A stretch of DNA of 64,000 bases from Eubacteriales bacterium (GTDB lineage Bacteria > Bacillota > Clostridia > Oscillospirales > QAKW01), in the NCBI GenBank assembly GCA_045544995.1, contig JAZQAE010000167.1, forward strand, positions 1,218 to 65,217, written 5' to 3'. A model generated the notes under the pieces. It saw nothing but the letters and a program-made list of their open reading frames with translations. It was not told the DNA's origin and did not search any database. How positions within the stretch are numbered: position 1 is the stretch's first letter; every line of letters begins with the position of its first letter. The translations under genes and the position numbers were made by a program. This document shows, piece after piece, positions 15,601 through 25,819 of the stretch.

Positions 15601-16687
15601 TTTGTTTTCCTTTCCATAATACACTCAACAACATCAGTCCCAGTCCCAAGATCCATAAGGTCTCGGGCAGGCCGATCTGCCGCACGGTAAAACTCCAAAA
15701 TAATGCGCCGATGGGCATGGCGCCCACCGTCACCACGGTATAAAGACCCATGACGGCGGTGATCTCTTCCTTCTTTGCCTTTTGGGAGAGGGCATAGACG
15801 GCACCGGAGAAAAATCCGAAATCCATCACCCCGTAAAGAAGGATGCAAAGTCCCTGCCACCAAATTCCGGGCAGGAGTGCCAGCCCGATATTTAAAATCC
15901 CCATCCCCGGTAAAAACCATCGGGGGGACGGTTGCTTTTTAAGCCGGGCTTTCAGCCAAAATCCCAAAAGAGCCCCGGCGCCCAAAAGTCCCAATGCAAC
16001 GCCGTAGGAAGCGCTCCCAAGACCGGCTTTTCGCACCAGCGCCACAAAGGTGATATTATAATTGACCCCAAAAAACGAGGCCAAAAAGATCCGTCCCAAA
16101 AAGGGGAGCCATGGCCGAAGCGACGCTCCCTCTCCCGGTCTTTCTTGAGGGATCTTTAAGAAACAAAGCAAAACAACCGAGGGGATAAACGAGCAGAAAT
16201 TAACGAAAAACGGCACCGCACTCCCCCACTTGGCATAAAGCAGTCCACCCAAAATGGGGCCTAAGCCCCGGGCGGTGTAGGTTACCACCGTCAAAAGAGC
16301 GGTTCCTTTGGAGAGCTCCCCGCTCAATTTACGGGGCAGACTTTGGTAAATAGGGGTCTGAAAGGCCCGAACCACGCCCCAGACGGCACCGAAGATCAGT
16401 AAAAACCGAAAGGTGATCGCCCCTCGCACCGCCATCCGCCAAAGATAAAAGGACAGTCCGGCCAACAGGGCTTCACTCCCCACCAGCCAGCCTTTTTGCG
16501 GCCGCCGATCCAACCATCGACCAAAGGGATAGGATAAAACCGCCACCGGAAGATAACAGGCGATCATATAGGCCGCCAGGCTGTAAAGCCCGCCGCCCAG
16601 GTCCGCCGCTACCCAAGAGAGCACCAAGGTCTGGATATACCCTCCCGTCAGCGAGCAGGCCTGCGCAATCAACAGTATTGTAAACAT
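15575..16687 (-). CDS. MFS transporter
   Basis: About 11-12 TM helices, with a typical MFS loop GRWLDRRPQKG. Confidence 0.7.
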   Translation of the reverse strand: MFTILLIAQACSLTGGYIQTLVLSWVAADLGGGLYSLAAYMIACYLPVAVLSYPFGRWLDRRPQKGWLVGSEALLAGLSFYLWRMAVRGAITFRFLLIFGAVWGVVRAFQTPIYQSLPRKLSGELSKGTALLTVVTYTARGLGPILGGLLYAKWGSAVPFFVNFCSFIPSVVLLCFLKIPQERPGEGASLRPWLPFLGRIFLASFFGVNYNITFVALVRKAGLGSASYGVALGLLGAGALLGFWLKARLKKQPSPRWFLPGMGILNIGLALLPGIWWQGLCILLYGVMDFGFFSGAVYALSQKAKKEEITAVMGLYTVVTVGAMPIGALFWSFTVRQIGLPETLWILGLGLMLLSVLWKGKQNGKSVENL

Positions 16688-16724
16688 CTGCCATACCTCC
16701 CAAAATCAGTATGGCAGTTTTGCG

Positions 16725-17225
16725 TTAATCTATACGCCCGGTCAGTTCTCCCTCCCGCAGAAGACTGCCGAAATCCTGCTGACGTAACGCCTCATAGGCG
16801 ATGATCGCCACCGAGTTGGAAAGATTTAAGCTTCTTGCTTCTGCAATCATGGGAATACGGATACATTCCTCGGGATGCTGTTTTAAAATTCGTTCCGGCA
16901 ACCCTTTGGTCTCCTTGCCGAAGATCAGGTAAATATCCTCTTCGGTGCGGTAGTCTATCTCACTATAGGTCTTTTTCCCCTTGGTGGTGCAGTAATATTT
17001 CCGCCCTTTTCCTTGGGTCTTTTCCTCAAACTCTTCATAATTCTTATAGGTGGTCAGATTGAGGAACTGCCAATAGTCCAGCCCTGCCCGACGGACGGCT
17101 TTTTCATCGATCTGAAAGCCCAACGGCTCGATCAGATGCAAGGCACAGCCGGTGGCGGCGCAGGTACGGGAGATATTGCCGGTATTCTGAGGGATCTCCG
17201 GCTCCACTAATACAATATGAATCAT
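16725..17225 (-). CDS. trmL: tRNA (cytidine/uridine-2'-O)-methyltransferase TrmL (SpoU family)
   Basis: MIHIVLVEPEIPQNTGNISRTCAATGCALHLIEPLGFQIDEKAVRRAGLDYW. The start was set at MIHIV (17225). Confidence 0.85.
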   Translation of the reverse strand: MIHIVLVEPEIPQNTGNISRTCAATGCALHLIEPLGFQIDEKAVRRAGLDYWQFLNLTTYKNYEEFEEKTQGKGRKYYCTTKGKKTYSEIDYRTEEDIYLIFGKETKGLPERILKQHPEECIRIPMIAEARSLNLSNSVAIIAYEALRQQDFGSLLREGELTGRID

Positions 17226-17285
17226 GCTTTCACTTCCTTTGTTCGTTCTATGATACCATACTAACCCATTTTTTTCAATCATATA

Positions 17286-19706
17286 ATGAAAAAGACGCAC
17301 CCTGTCAATAATGATATCAAAAGGAGCGTGATCCATATCGAACGATTTTCAAAATTAGCGGCCCACGCCTTAGAGCGCAGTCTGAATTTGGCGGAGGAAC
17401 TGGGCCATTCCTATCTCGGAAGTGAACATCTGCTTTTAGGATTACTCAAGGAGACGGAGGGAGTCGCTTCCCGTCTTATGATCTCCAAAGGCGTCACTCC
17501 CGATAAGATCCGTAAAAAAATGGAGAGTCTCATCGGCATCGGCTCCCCCACCCTGCTTTCTATCAACGATATGACCCCTCGATTGGAAAAGATCATCACC
17601 CGGTCGGGAGAGTTGGCGCACCGTTACGGCTTCAGCGTGGTGGGAACCGACCATCTTCTGATGGCACTCTGCGAAGCCCCGGAGGCGGTGGGATACCGCC
17701 TTTTGAGCGATGCCGGATGTGACCCTAAGCGTCTCATTCAAAGTTTGCAAGAACGGATGGGAATGAACGATCTCCCCCTCCAATCGGAAAAAGGGAAAGG
17801 CAAACCGGGAAAAAACATCGCTAAATTTGCCATCAACCTGACCAAAGAGGGGGCTTTGGGAAAGACCCATCCTCTCATCGGCCGGGAAAAAGAATTGGAA
17901 GCTCTGATGCGGGTGCTGGTACGGCAAAATAAGAATAACCCCTGCCTGATCGGCGAGCCGGGGGTAGGAAAAACGGTCATCGTGGAGGGCTTGGCCGGGC
18001 GGATCGTTTTGGGGCAGGTCCCCCCCTCCCTCCGGGATTTACAGATCCAGATGCTGGATCTGACCGCCATGATCGCCGGCACCAAGTACCGGGGGGAATT
18101 TGAAGAACGGCTCCGGGCATTGATCGACGAGGCGGAACGGGACCCCAATCTGGTTCTTTTTATTGACGAGATGCATATTTTAGTGGGTGCCGGAGCGGCG
18201 GAGGGCGCCATCGACGCCGCCAATATCCTCAAGCCGGCCTTGGCCCGGGGACGGATCAAGGTCATCGGCGCCACCACCCTGGAAGAGTACCGCAAACACA
18301 TCGAAAAGGACGGTGCACTGGAACGGCGGTTTGCTCCCATCATGGTGGAAGAGCCCACCGAAGAGGAGACGATGGAGATTCTGCGGGGGCTCCGCCCAGC
18401 TTTGGAAAGCCATCATGGCATCCGCCTGCCGGAAGAGACCCTCTCCTCCGCCATCCGACTCTCCCAGCGTTATATGGGAGATCGTTTCCTGCCGGACAAA
18501 GCCATTGACCTTTTGGACGAAGCCGGCGCCAGAGAGCAATTACGCTCCTTTACGGGACGCAGTCAGGATCGCCGAACACGGATCCGTCAGGTGCAGGCAG
18601 AGTTGGATACTGCTTTGCGCTCTAAAAAACTAACCGAAGCGTTAGAACTTCGGGATGAACTGGAGCAACTGAAAGCCCTGCAGGAAAACGAACCCCCGGC
18701 GAGTCCCCAGTCCGTCACCCCTGCCGATCTTGCCGATCTGGTGGGCGAGAAGACCGGCATCCCCCTCTCTTCGGAGGATCCGGAGGGCAACCGCCTCTAT
18801 CTGGAACTGGCGGATCGGCTCCGCCAACGGCTGATCGGGCAAGAGGAAGCGGTGCAAGCCTTATCCTCTGCTCTGCTCCGGAGCAAGACCGGAGTGGGAG
18901 ACCCCGGCAAGCCGGCTTGTACCCTTCTCTTTTGCGGGCCTACCGGCGTGGGAAAGACCCGACTGGCCCGACTTTTGGCAAAAGAGCTTTTCGGCAAAGA
19001 AGAGACCCTCATCCGCTACGATATGGGGGAATATATGGAAGCCCATTCCGTCTCCCGCTTGATTGGATCTCCGCCGGGGTATATCGGCTATGACCGAGGA
19101 GGCGGGCTGGTCAGCCGAATTCGCAACCGTCCCTATTCCGTTCTTTTATTCGACGAGATCGAAAAGGCCCATCCGGAGGTGCTGAACGTACTTTTGGGCG
19201 TGCTGGACGAAGGACGGCTTACCGACGGCCAGGGAAAAACTGCCGATTTTCGCAACACCATCATTATTCTCACCTCGAACCTGGGAACGTCTGCCCTGCA
19301 GGAGGAGCCCTTGGGTTTTGGCGATTCTGCCTCCGCCGACCTTTCCAAATCGGTGCGCCGGGCAGTCACCAAACAGTTCCGTCCGGAATTTGTTAACCGA
19401 TTGGATGAGATCATCGTCTTTCAGCCCTTGGAGCTTGCGGCACTCACCGAGATCGCCCGGCTCCATCTGCGGGATCTTTCCCGGCGGTTGGAAAAGCAGG
19501 GACATTCCGTGGTCTTTCACGAAGAGGTGGCGCAGGAAGCCGCCGCCCGGGGATATGACCGGCGGTACGGGGCCCGTTCCGTTCGCCGTCTCATTGAAAA
19601 GGAGATCGGCAGCCGGGTCGCCGAACAGATCCTTGCCGGTACCCTCCCGGAGGAACCCTTGCGTGCCGACACCCTCTTTGAGGGACTGGCAACAACCGGC
19701 AGTTGA
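17286..19706 (+). CDS. ClpC-like AAA+ ATPase (two NBDs, Clp_N repeats)
   Basis: Clp_N repeats, GEPGVGKT and GPTGVGKT Walker A motifs, and the GARSVRR sensor-2 region. The exact start is uncertain; the conserved (I)ERFS begins near 17338. Confidence 0.85.
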   Translation: MKKTHPVNNDIKRSVIHIERFSKLAAHALERSLNLAEELGHSYLGSEHLLLGLLKETEGVASRLMISKGVTPDKIRKKMESLIGIGSPTLLSINDMTPRLEKIITRSGELAHRYGFSVVGTDHLLMALCEAPEAVGYRLLSDAGCDPKRLIQSLQERMGMNDLPLQSEKGKGKPGKNIAKFAINLTKEGALGKTHPLIGREKELEALMRVLVRQNKNNPCLIGEPGVGKTVIVEGLAGRIVLGQVPPSLRDLQIQMLDLTAMIAGTKYRGEFEERLRALIDEAERDPNLVLFIDEMHILVGAGAAEGAIDAANILKPALARGRIKVIGATTLEEYRKHIEKDGALERRFAPIMVEEPTEEETMEILRGLRPALESHHGIRLPEETLSSAIRLSQRYMGDRFLPDKAIDLLDEAGAREQLRSFTGRSQDRRTRIRQVQAELDTALRSKKLTEALELRDELEQLKALQENEPPASPQSVTPADLADLVGEKTGIPLSSEDPEGNRLYLELADRLRQRLIGQEEAVQALSSALLRSKTGVGDPGKPACTLLFCGPTGVGKTRLARLLAKELFGKEETLIRYDMGEYMEAHSVSRLIGSPPGYIGYDRGGGLVSRIRNRPYSVLLFDEIEKAHPEVLNVLLGVLDEGRLTDGQGKTADFRNTIIILTSNLGTSALQEEPLGFGDSASADLSKSVRRAVTKQFRPEFVNRLDEIIVFQPLELAALTEIARLHLRDLSRRLEKQGHSVVFHEEVAQEAAARGYDRRYGARSVRRLIEKEIGSRVAEQILAGTLPEEPLRADTLFEGLATTGS

Positions 19707-19763
19707 CTTTGATTATGAAAAATATTAAAATAAAGGAAAGTACTTTTGTAAAAAGGAGTTCCT

Positions 19764-21035
19764 ATGAAGTTAAATTATAAGCGCACATTCCTGATCGGTC
19801 TGGCCTTTATGGCCATCTCTGCTTTCTGGCAATTATACGATAACGCCATCCCCCTCATGCTGAAAAAGACCTTTGGCGTCACCGACGACGTGAGCGGGTA
19901 TATCATGGCCGCCGATAATCTCTTGGCCGTCTTTCTCCTGCCCCTTTTCGGTTCTCTTTCCGATCGGGTGCGGACCCGCTTCGGCAAACGCAAGCCCTTT
20001 ATCATCGTCGGGTCTTGCTTAGCGGCGGCAGTGATGCTCTTGGTGCCGATGGCCAATAACCAAAAAAATCTCCTGTTCTTCGTGATTATTCTGGGTGTCC
20101 TTTTGGTGGTGATGAGTTCTTACCGCTCTCCTGCAGTAGCACTGATGCCGGACGTAACCCCCAAGCCCCTCAGAAGTAAGGGCAACGCCGTTATCAACCT
20201 GATGGGTGCCTTGGGCGGTATTATGACCTATCTGGTCATCGCCTTTTTGATCAAAGATCAGTCCCTGGCGAACTACACCTACGTCTTCGCCATCATCTCC
20301 GGCTTTATGGTGGCCTGCGCCATCATCTTGGGCTTTACCGTCAACGAAAATAAACTGGTGGCAGAGATGCCGGAAGAGATCGAAGAAAAGACCGAGGACG
20401 GAAAGAGCGCTCCCATGCCGAAGCCGGTCAAACGGAGCCTTTTCTTCATCCTCCTCTCCGTCTCCCTTTGGTTTATGGCTTATAATGCGGTCAATACCGC
20501 CTATTCCCGTTACGTGGCAGAGGTCTGGGGCAAGAGCCAAAGCACCGGCGCCACCATGATGATCATCGCCATGCTGGTGGCCACCGCTTCCTATCTGCCG
20601 GTGGGTCAGCTTTCCGCCAAATTGGGACGTAAAAAGGTGATCTTAGGGGGCGTTTCTCTCCTGGCCATCGCCTTTTTGACCGGAATTCTGATGCCTCACT
20701 ACAGCATCATGGCCTACGTCATCATGGCGGTCATCGGCATCGGCTGGGCCGCCATCAACGTCAACTCCTATCCCATGGTGGTGGAGATGAGCAAGGGCAG
20801 CGACGTGGGTAAATATACCGGACTGTACTATACCTTCTCTATGTCCGCTCAGATCCTGACCCCCATCCTCTCCGGCTATCTCTTTGCCTATCTGCCCTGG
20901 GGCTATAAAGTCATGTTCCCCTATGCGCTGATCTTTGCAGTATTGGCTTTCATCACCATGCTGTTTGTCCGCCATGGCGATAACCGTCCCGATGCACCCA
21001 AAGATGCCTTGGAACTCTTTGATACTGAGGACTGA
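19764..21035 (+). CDS. MFS transporter (SLC45/GPH-like)
   Basis: Twelve predicted TM segments and an LSDRVRTRFGKRKPFI motif. Confidence 0.7.
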   Translation: MKLNYKRTFLIGLAFMAISAFWQLYDNAIPLMLKKTFGVTDDVSGYIMAADNLLAVFLLPLFGSLSDRVRTRFGKRKPFIIVGSCLAAAVMLLVPMANNQKNLLFFVIILGVLLVVMSSYRSPAVALMPDVTPKPLRSKGNAVINLMGALGGIMTYLVIAFLIKDQSLANYTYVFAIISGFMVACAIILGFTVNENKLVAEMPEEIEEKTEDGKSAPMPKPVKRSLFFILLSVSLWFMAYNAVNTAYSRYVAEVWGKSQSTGATMMIIAMLVATASYLPVGQLSAKLGRKKVILGGVSLLAIAFLTGILMPHYSIMAYVIMAVIGIGWAAINVNSYPMVVEMSKGSDVGKYTGLYYTFSMSAQILTPILSGYLFAYLPWGYKVMFPYALIFAVLAFITMLFVRHGDNRPDAPKDALELFDTED

Positions 21036-21037
21036 TT

Positions 21038-21844
21038 ATGGTAGTAGTTTATTTGCTTTTAGGGTTTATTTTGCTTTGGATCTTTATGATCATGCCCCGG
21101 CTTCGCCGGCCTCATGGGTTGCGTCAACTGCAAAACCACCGCTACGCCCACCGAGGATTGCACGACATTCAAAAAGGTGTCCCCGAAAACTCTCTTTTGG
21201 CCTTTCGTCTTGCCCGGGATGCGGGCTACGGCATTGAACTGGACGTCCATCTTTCCAAGGACGGAAAGCTGGTGGTGGAGCACGACGACACCCTCCGCCG
21301 TACCTGCGGTGCCGATCTTCGGATCGAAGAGACCGACTGGGAGACCCTCTCCGCCCTTCGATTGGAGGGAACGGGGGAACGGCTCCCCCTTTTGGAAGAG
21401 GTCTTTTCGCTGGTGGACGGAAAAGTTCCCCTCTTGATCGAATTAAAGATCGTGAAGGGAAACTGGTCTGCCCTCGGAAAAGCGGTTCGGGAAGCGCTCC
21501 GCCATTATAATGGCCCCTTTTGCATCGAATCCTTTGAGCCGAGAGCCCTGCTCTGGTTCCGCAAAAACGCACCGGAGATCCCCCGGGGACAATTGGCCGG
21601 AGACGTCCGCAAGGAGAGCACCGTCTCCCCCGTTATCAATTTTGTTTTAAAAAATCTCTTGGTTCACGTCCTGTCCCGTCCGGACTTTGTGGCTTATCAT
21701 TTCCAGGATCATCGGAACCTTTCTTTCCGACTCTGCCGTCTCCTCTTCCGTCCTCCGGTCTTTTTTTGGACCGTCCGTTCGGTGGAGGGGGAAAACCTCT
21801 CCCAAAAATACAGCGCCACCCCCATTTTTGAGAACTTTCAATAA
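21038..21844 (+). CDS. Glycerophosphodiester phosphodiesterase family protein
   Basis: HRGLHD...PENSLLAFRLARDAGYGIELDVHLSKDGKLVVEHDDTLRRTCG. Confidence 0.8.
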   Translation: MVVVYLLLGFILLWIFMIMPRLRRPHGLRQLQNHRYAHRGLHDIQKGVPENSLLAFRLARDAGYGIELDVHLSKDGKLVVEHDDTLRRTCGADLRIEETDWETLSALRLEGTGERLPLLEEVFSLVDGKVPLLIELKIVKGNWSALGKAVREALRHYNGPFCIESFEPRALLWFRKNAPEIPRGQLAGDVRKESTVSPVINFVLKNLLVHVLSRPDFVAYHFQDHRNLSFRLCRLLFRPPVFFWTVRSVEGENLSQKYSATPIFENFQ

Positions 21845-21898
21845 GCGCCTTGCGTTCTCCCGATAAAAATGGTATACTACTCATCGAGGTGAATTTTC

Positions 21899-22435
21899 TT
21901 GGGAGAAGAACAACTGAAATATGCCATCCTGCCCTGGATGGATCAATTAACGCCGGGTAAGATCATTCCCCCGGTGGTGGGGCTTTTAATTGCATACTGC
22001 ATCTTTGAATACTTTTTTAAAAAATTTAATTATTCGGTGCGCCGGGGAACGCTGTCTTTGATCAGCAATACCGTCTGGCCCATCCTTTTGAATACCTGCA
22101 TCTTTACCATCGCTTACTGGCAATGGGCCTTCCCTCTTGCCACTGTGATGGGACTGATCTTTGTCTCCGTCCTCTTGCATGAACTGAAGATTGCATACGA
22201 AGACGAAAAGGAAGGCTACCGCGGACTGAATAAAGAGGTGCGCAAACTGCGGGCAGAGGCGTTCGCCGATCTTCCCATCGAGGAGCAGATGGCGTATAAA
22301 GCCAAGGTGAAACCCCATAAATTTTATTGGTGGATCTTCCTGCCCCTGGTCGTGATCATTCCCTTCCTGATCGTCCTTTTATTGGAGCAATTGGGACTGG
22401 GTGATTACCTCTTCCAAGTGGTTTATTATGAATAA
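21899..22435 (+). CDS. Hypothetical membrane protein
   Basis: TTG start with GAGGTG 7 nt upstream. Four hydrophobic segments. No family was recognised. Confidence 0.45.
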   Translation: MGEEQLKYAILPWMDQLTPGKIIPPVVGLLIAYCIFEYFFKKFNYSVRRGTLSLISNTVWPILLNTCIFTIAYWQWAFPLATVMGLIFVSVLLHELKIAYEDEKEGYRGLNKEVRKLRAEAFADLPIEEQMAYKAKVKPHKFYWWIFLPLVVIIPFLIVLLLEQLGLGDYLFQVVYYE

Positions 22436-22441
22436 ATATAA

Positions 22442-22470
22442 AAGCGACCCATTTTGGGTCGCTTTTATCA
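22442..22470 (+). terminator. Intrinsic terminator
   Basis: Stem aaaagcgaccc/gggtcgctttt plus a T-run. Confidence 0.8.
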
Positions 22471-22616
22471 TTTCATTTATTGGTTTATAGTGATATACGC
22501 CAATCTTATTAAAAATAAGTCGAGATTGCATACAGAATTCTTTGACTCAAGGCGTCGGCGTACTTTTGTACGTTAAGCGCAGAGTCGAAGAATTGTGCGC
22601 CGATCTACGCCAATTT

Positions 22617-22799
22617 TTACAGGCTCTGCTCAGCCTTCTCAACCAACTTCTTGGTCATCTGGCCGCCGATATGACCAGCCTGAGCGGAAGTCAAATCACC
22701 ATTATAGCCCTGCTTCAGGTCCACACCGATCTCACGGGCGACCTCAAACTTCATCTTATCCAGACCAGCCTTCGCATTGCTCTTAACAGAATTGTCCAT
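22617..22799 (-). CDS. Alpha/beta-type small acid-soluble spore protein
   Basis: KFEVAREIGVDLKQGYNGDLTSAQAGHIGGQMTKKLVEKAE is a classic SASP signature. Confidence 0.9.
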   Translation of the reverse strand: MDNSVKSNAKAGLDKMKFEVAREIGVDLKQGYNGDLTSAQAGHIGGQMTKKLVEKAEQSL

Positions 22800-22848
22800 T
22801 TCATTACACCTCCTTGTAAGATTTATAAAGCCTTCGCTTTACAATAAG

Positions 22849-22877
22849 TATTTTGGGCGAAATGAGATGAAAAATTC
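22849..22877 (-). promoter_or_regulatory. Candidate forespore sigma-G/F-type promoter (GAATT-17-CAAAATA)
   Basis: Read on the minus strand upstream of the SASP gene. It resembles the GHATR-N17/18-CAxxxTA pattern. Confidence 0.35.
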
Positions 22878-22889
22878 ATGTAAAATTTG

Positions 22890-24917
22890 TCAGTTAAAAA
22901 TGGTGTCTTCCGATTCAAAGAGCGCTTGGACTTTTTGCAAAATGCCTTGATTATAGTCGGCTTCCAGCCGAGGATCATATTGCAAAATCCGTTTGGCGCA
23001 ACGGTTGGAGAGGGTGAGAAGCTCCATATCGGTGGCCACGTCGGCGATCTGCATCTTCGGCAAGCCGTGTTGCATATTGCCAAAGAAATCACCGGGTCCC
23101 CGAAGCTCCAGATCCTTTTCGGAGATGGCAAAGCCATCGGTGGTGGTACAGAAGTATTCCAACCGTTCCCGGGTCTTTTCGCTTTTATTATCGCTGACTA
23201 GGACGCAATAGGATTGCTTTTCTCCACGGCCGACCCGGCCCCGCAACTGGTGCAACTGGGAAAGTCCGAACCGCTCGGCATTCATCAAGACCATCAAGGT
23301 GGCAGACGGCACGTTGATACCCACCTCGATGACGGTGGTAGAGATCAAAATTTTTGTCTCTCCCGCCACAAACCGTTCCATGGCCTTATCCTTTAACGCC
23401 GGCTTCATCTTGCCGTGGATGAGATCGGCCTGCTCTCCAAATTTTTCCCGAAGTTCTGCAAACAGCGCCTCGGCGCTTTTCAGTTGACTATCTTCGTTTT
23501 CCTCCACTAAGGGGCAGACGATATAGACTTGACCGCCCTCCTCGATCTGACGGGTCATAAAACTCTCCAATCGAGGCTGATATTCCGGCCCCACCAGATA
23601 GGTCTTGATCTCTTTTCGGCCGGCAGGTAAGGTATCCAGCACCGAAAGATCCAAGTCTCCCCAGACCATCAACGCCATGGTACGGGGAATGGGGGTGGCG
23701 GACATCACCAAAACGTGCGGTTTTTTGCCCTTAGCGGCCAAAAGTGCCCGTTGACGGACGCCGAACCGATGCTGTTCGTCGGCGATGACCAGCCCCAGGT
23801 TTTCAAACTGCACCTTTTCCTGCAAAAGGGCATGGGTGCCGATCACCAACCGCAACGAGCCGTTTTCCAGCGCATGATATTGTTCTTTTTTCTCTTTTTG
23901 GGTCATGGAGCCCACCAAAAGACCGGTGGAATATCCCAATTCTTCAAAAAGGGGACGGAAATATTCTGCGTGCTGACGTGCCAGGATCTCCGTCGGCGCC
24001 ATGATCGCCACCTGATAACCGGCGGATAGGGCAGCGTACGCTGCCTCTCCTGCCACGTAGGTCTTACCGCTGCCCACGTCTCCTTGCAAAAGCCGATTCA
24101 TGGCGGCCGCTCCTTGCATATCCTGAAGGATCTCTTCTACTGCCTGACTTTGGGACGGGGTGGGAGTAAAGGGCTGCAGATCTGAAAATCCGCTGTCGTA
24201 GGTTCCTACGGGGAAACTGTTTTTTGCTTTTTCCCGTCCGGAATAAAGTCCCAGTCCCAACTGGAAATATAATAGTTCTTCAAAGATGAGGCGACGGCGT
24301 CCCCAGATGACGTCCCGAGGACTTTTGGGGAAATGCACCGCCTCTAAGGCTTCCCGTAATCCGGCCAATTGATACTTTTCCCGCAATTTTTCCGGCAAAG
24401 GATCTTTCCATTCTTCGATCTTTTCAAAAGCAGACCGCACCCAACGGCGCAATTGCGGTTGATTTAGTCCGGCGGTCAAAGGATAGATGGGATAGACCGT
24501 GGGCACCGTTCCGGGCTTCAGCTCCTCCACCTGAGGGGAGATCATATTGAGAAGCATTTTGGGATCCGGCCGGCCGTAGAAATTAAAGACCCGGCCTTCC
24601 TTCAATTTATCTTTAATATAAGGATTATTGAAAAAGGTGACGGTCATCATGCCGGTCTTATCGCCGACCAACGCCGTTGTCATGGTTCGTCCGCCGTAGA
24701 TCCGACGCATTTTCGGCGGTTCCATCACCGCCGCTACGATACTGACCGTCTCCCCCATATGCAGAGTCAACTCTTCAATGGGGATGATGACCGTGCGATC
24801 CTCATAGCGATGGGGATAAAGTTGCAGTAAATCCTCCGCCGTGCGAATTCCTAATTTTTCCAAAAGGGCAGCCCGGGTTTTTCCCACGCCGGGCAACGCT
24901 GTGACGGGAATACTCAT
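22890..24917 (-). CDS. recG: ATP-dependent DNA helicase RecG
   Basis: Wedge/OB N-terminus, GDVGSGKT, DEQHRFG and QLRGRVGRG helicase motifs. Confidence 0.95.
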   Translation of the reverse strand: MSIPVTALPGVGKTRAALLEKLGIRTAEDLLQLYPHRYEDRTVIIPIEELTLHMGETVSIVAAVMEPPKMRRIYGGRTMTTALVGDKTGMMTVTFFNNPYIKDKLKEGRVFNFYGRPDPKMLLNMISPQVEELKPGTVPTVYPIYPLTAGLNQPQLRRWVRSAFEKIEEWKDPLPEKLREKYQLAGLREALEAVHFPKSPRDVIWGRRRLIFEELLYFQLGLGLYSGREKAKNSFPVGTYDSGFSDLQPFTPTPSQSQAVEEILQDMQGAAAMNRLLQGDVGSGKTYVAGEAAYAALSAGYQVAIMAPTEILARQHAEYFRPLFEELGYSTGLLVGSMTQKEKKEQYHALENGSLRLVIGTHALLQEKVQFENLGLVIADEQHRFGVRQRALLAAKGKKPHVLVMSATPIPRTMALMVWGDLDLSVLDTLPAGRKEIKTYLVGPEYQPRLESFMTRQIEEGGQVYIVCPLVEENEDSQLKSAEALFAELREKFGEQADLIHGKMKPALKDKAMERFVAGETKILISTTVIEVGINVPSATLMVLMNAERFGLSQLHQLRGRVGRGEKQSYCVLVSDNKSEKTRERLEYFCTTTDGFAISEKDLELRGPGDFFGNMQHGLPKMQIADVATDMELLTLSNRCAKRILQYDPRLEADYNQGILQKVQALFESEDTIFN

Positions 24918-25038
24918 CGGACTTCCCTCCTTTCATCGGTTTCTACCTTTTAATATACACGATTTTTTCGGTTTTTTCAATTAAATCTTGTCTTCTATTT
25001 TAATTTCAGTTAGAATAATAATAAAGGGAAGTGATCAA

Positions 25039-25743
25039 ATGAAAAAAATGCTTATTACCGGCGGAACCGGCGCCATCGGCAGTATGACTGCTTACTTAGG
25101 TGTCCGCCGTGGCTGGGAAGTGGTTTTGGCTTATCGGCAAAGCCATGAAACAGCGCAAAATTTAAAAGAAGATTTAGAAAAATTGGGCGGAACCGTCACC
25201 CTTTTCAGCGGAGATCTCACCCAAAAGGAAGACCGTCTGCGTCTGGCAGAGTTGGCAGGATCCGTGGATCTTTTGGTCAATAATTTCGGGGTTGCCCACT
25301 ACGCCCCTTTCACCGAAGAGACGGAAGAGAGCCTTGCAGAAGTGCTCCAGACCAATCTCCTTTCCCATATGGCGCTGACCCGGCTTATTCTGCCGGAAAT
25401 GATCCATGCCAAAAAAGGCAGTATCGTCAATCTCTCCTCTGTCTGGGGACAGACCGGCGGATCCTGTGAGGTAGCCTATTCCGCCGCTAAGGCCGGGCTG
25501 ATTGGTTTTACCAAAGCCTTGGCCAAGGAACTGGCGCCTTCCGGCATCACCGTCAACTGCGTTGCCCCCGGATGCGTGGAAAGCCGGATGCTGGACGGAT
25601 TGGATCGAGAGGCCTTAAAGGAGATGATCCCCACGGGAAAACTGACCTCCGGCTTGGACGTGGCGAACTGTATTCTCTTCTTAGCAGAGCAGGAGCAGAT
25701 CACCGGACAGGTGCTTTCTCCCAATGGCGGAATGTATATTTAA
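25039..25743 (+). CDS. SDR-family oxidoreductase (FabG-like)
   Basis: TGGTGAIG Rossmann motif, a YSAAK catalytic motif, and NCVAPG. Confidence 0.8.
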   Translation: MKKMLITGGTGAIGSMTAYLGVRRGWEVVLAYRQSHETAQNLKEDLEKLGGTVTLFSGDLTQKEDRLRLAELAGSVDLLVNNFGVAHYAPFTEETEESLAEVLQTNLLSHMALTRLILPEMIHAKKGSIVNLSSVWGQTGGSCEVAYSAAKAGLIGFTKALAKELAPSGITVNCVAPGCVESRMLDGLDREALKEMIPTGKLTSGLDVANCILFLAEQEQITGQVLSPNGGMYI

Positions 25744-25765
25744 TCGGTTTTATAACAAATAGTAT

Positions 25766-25803
25766 AAAGGATGTGCTGTATAAAAGCACATCCTTTCTTT
25801 TTT
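25766..25803 (+). terminator. Intrinsic terminator
   Basis: A 12-bp stem aaaggatgtgct/agcacatccttt followed by cttttttt. Confidence 0.8.
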
Positions 25804-25819
25804 AGGAGAAAAAACAAGT

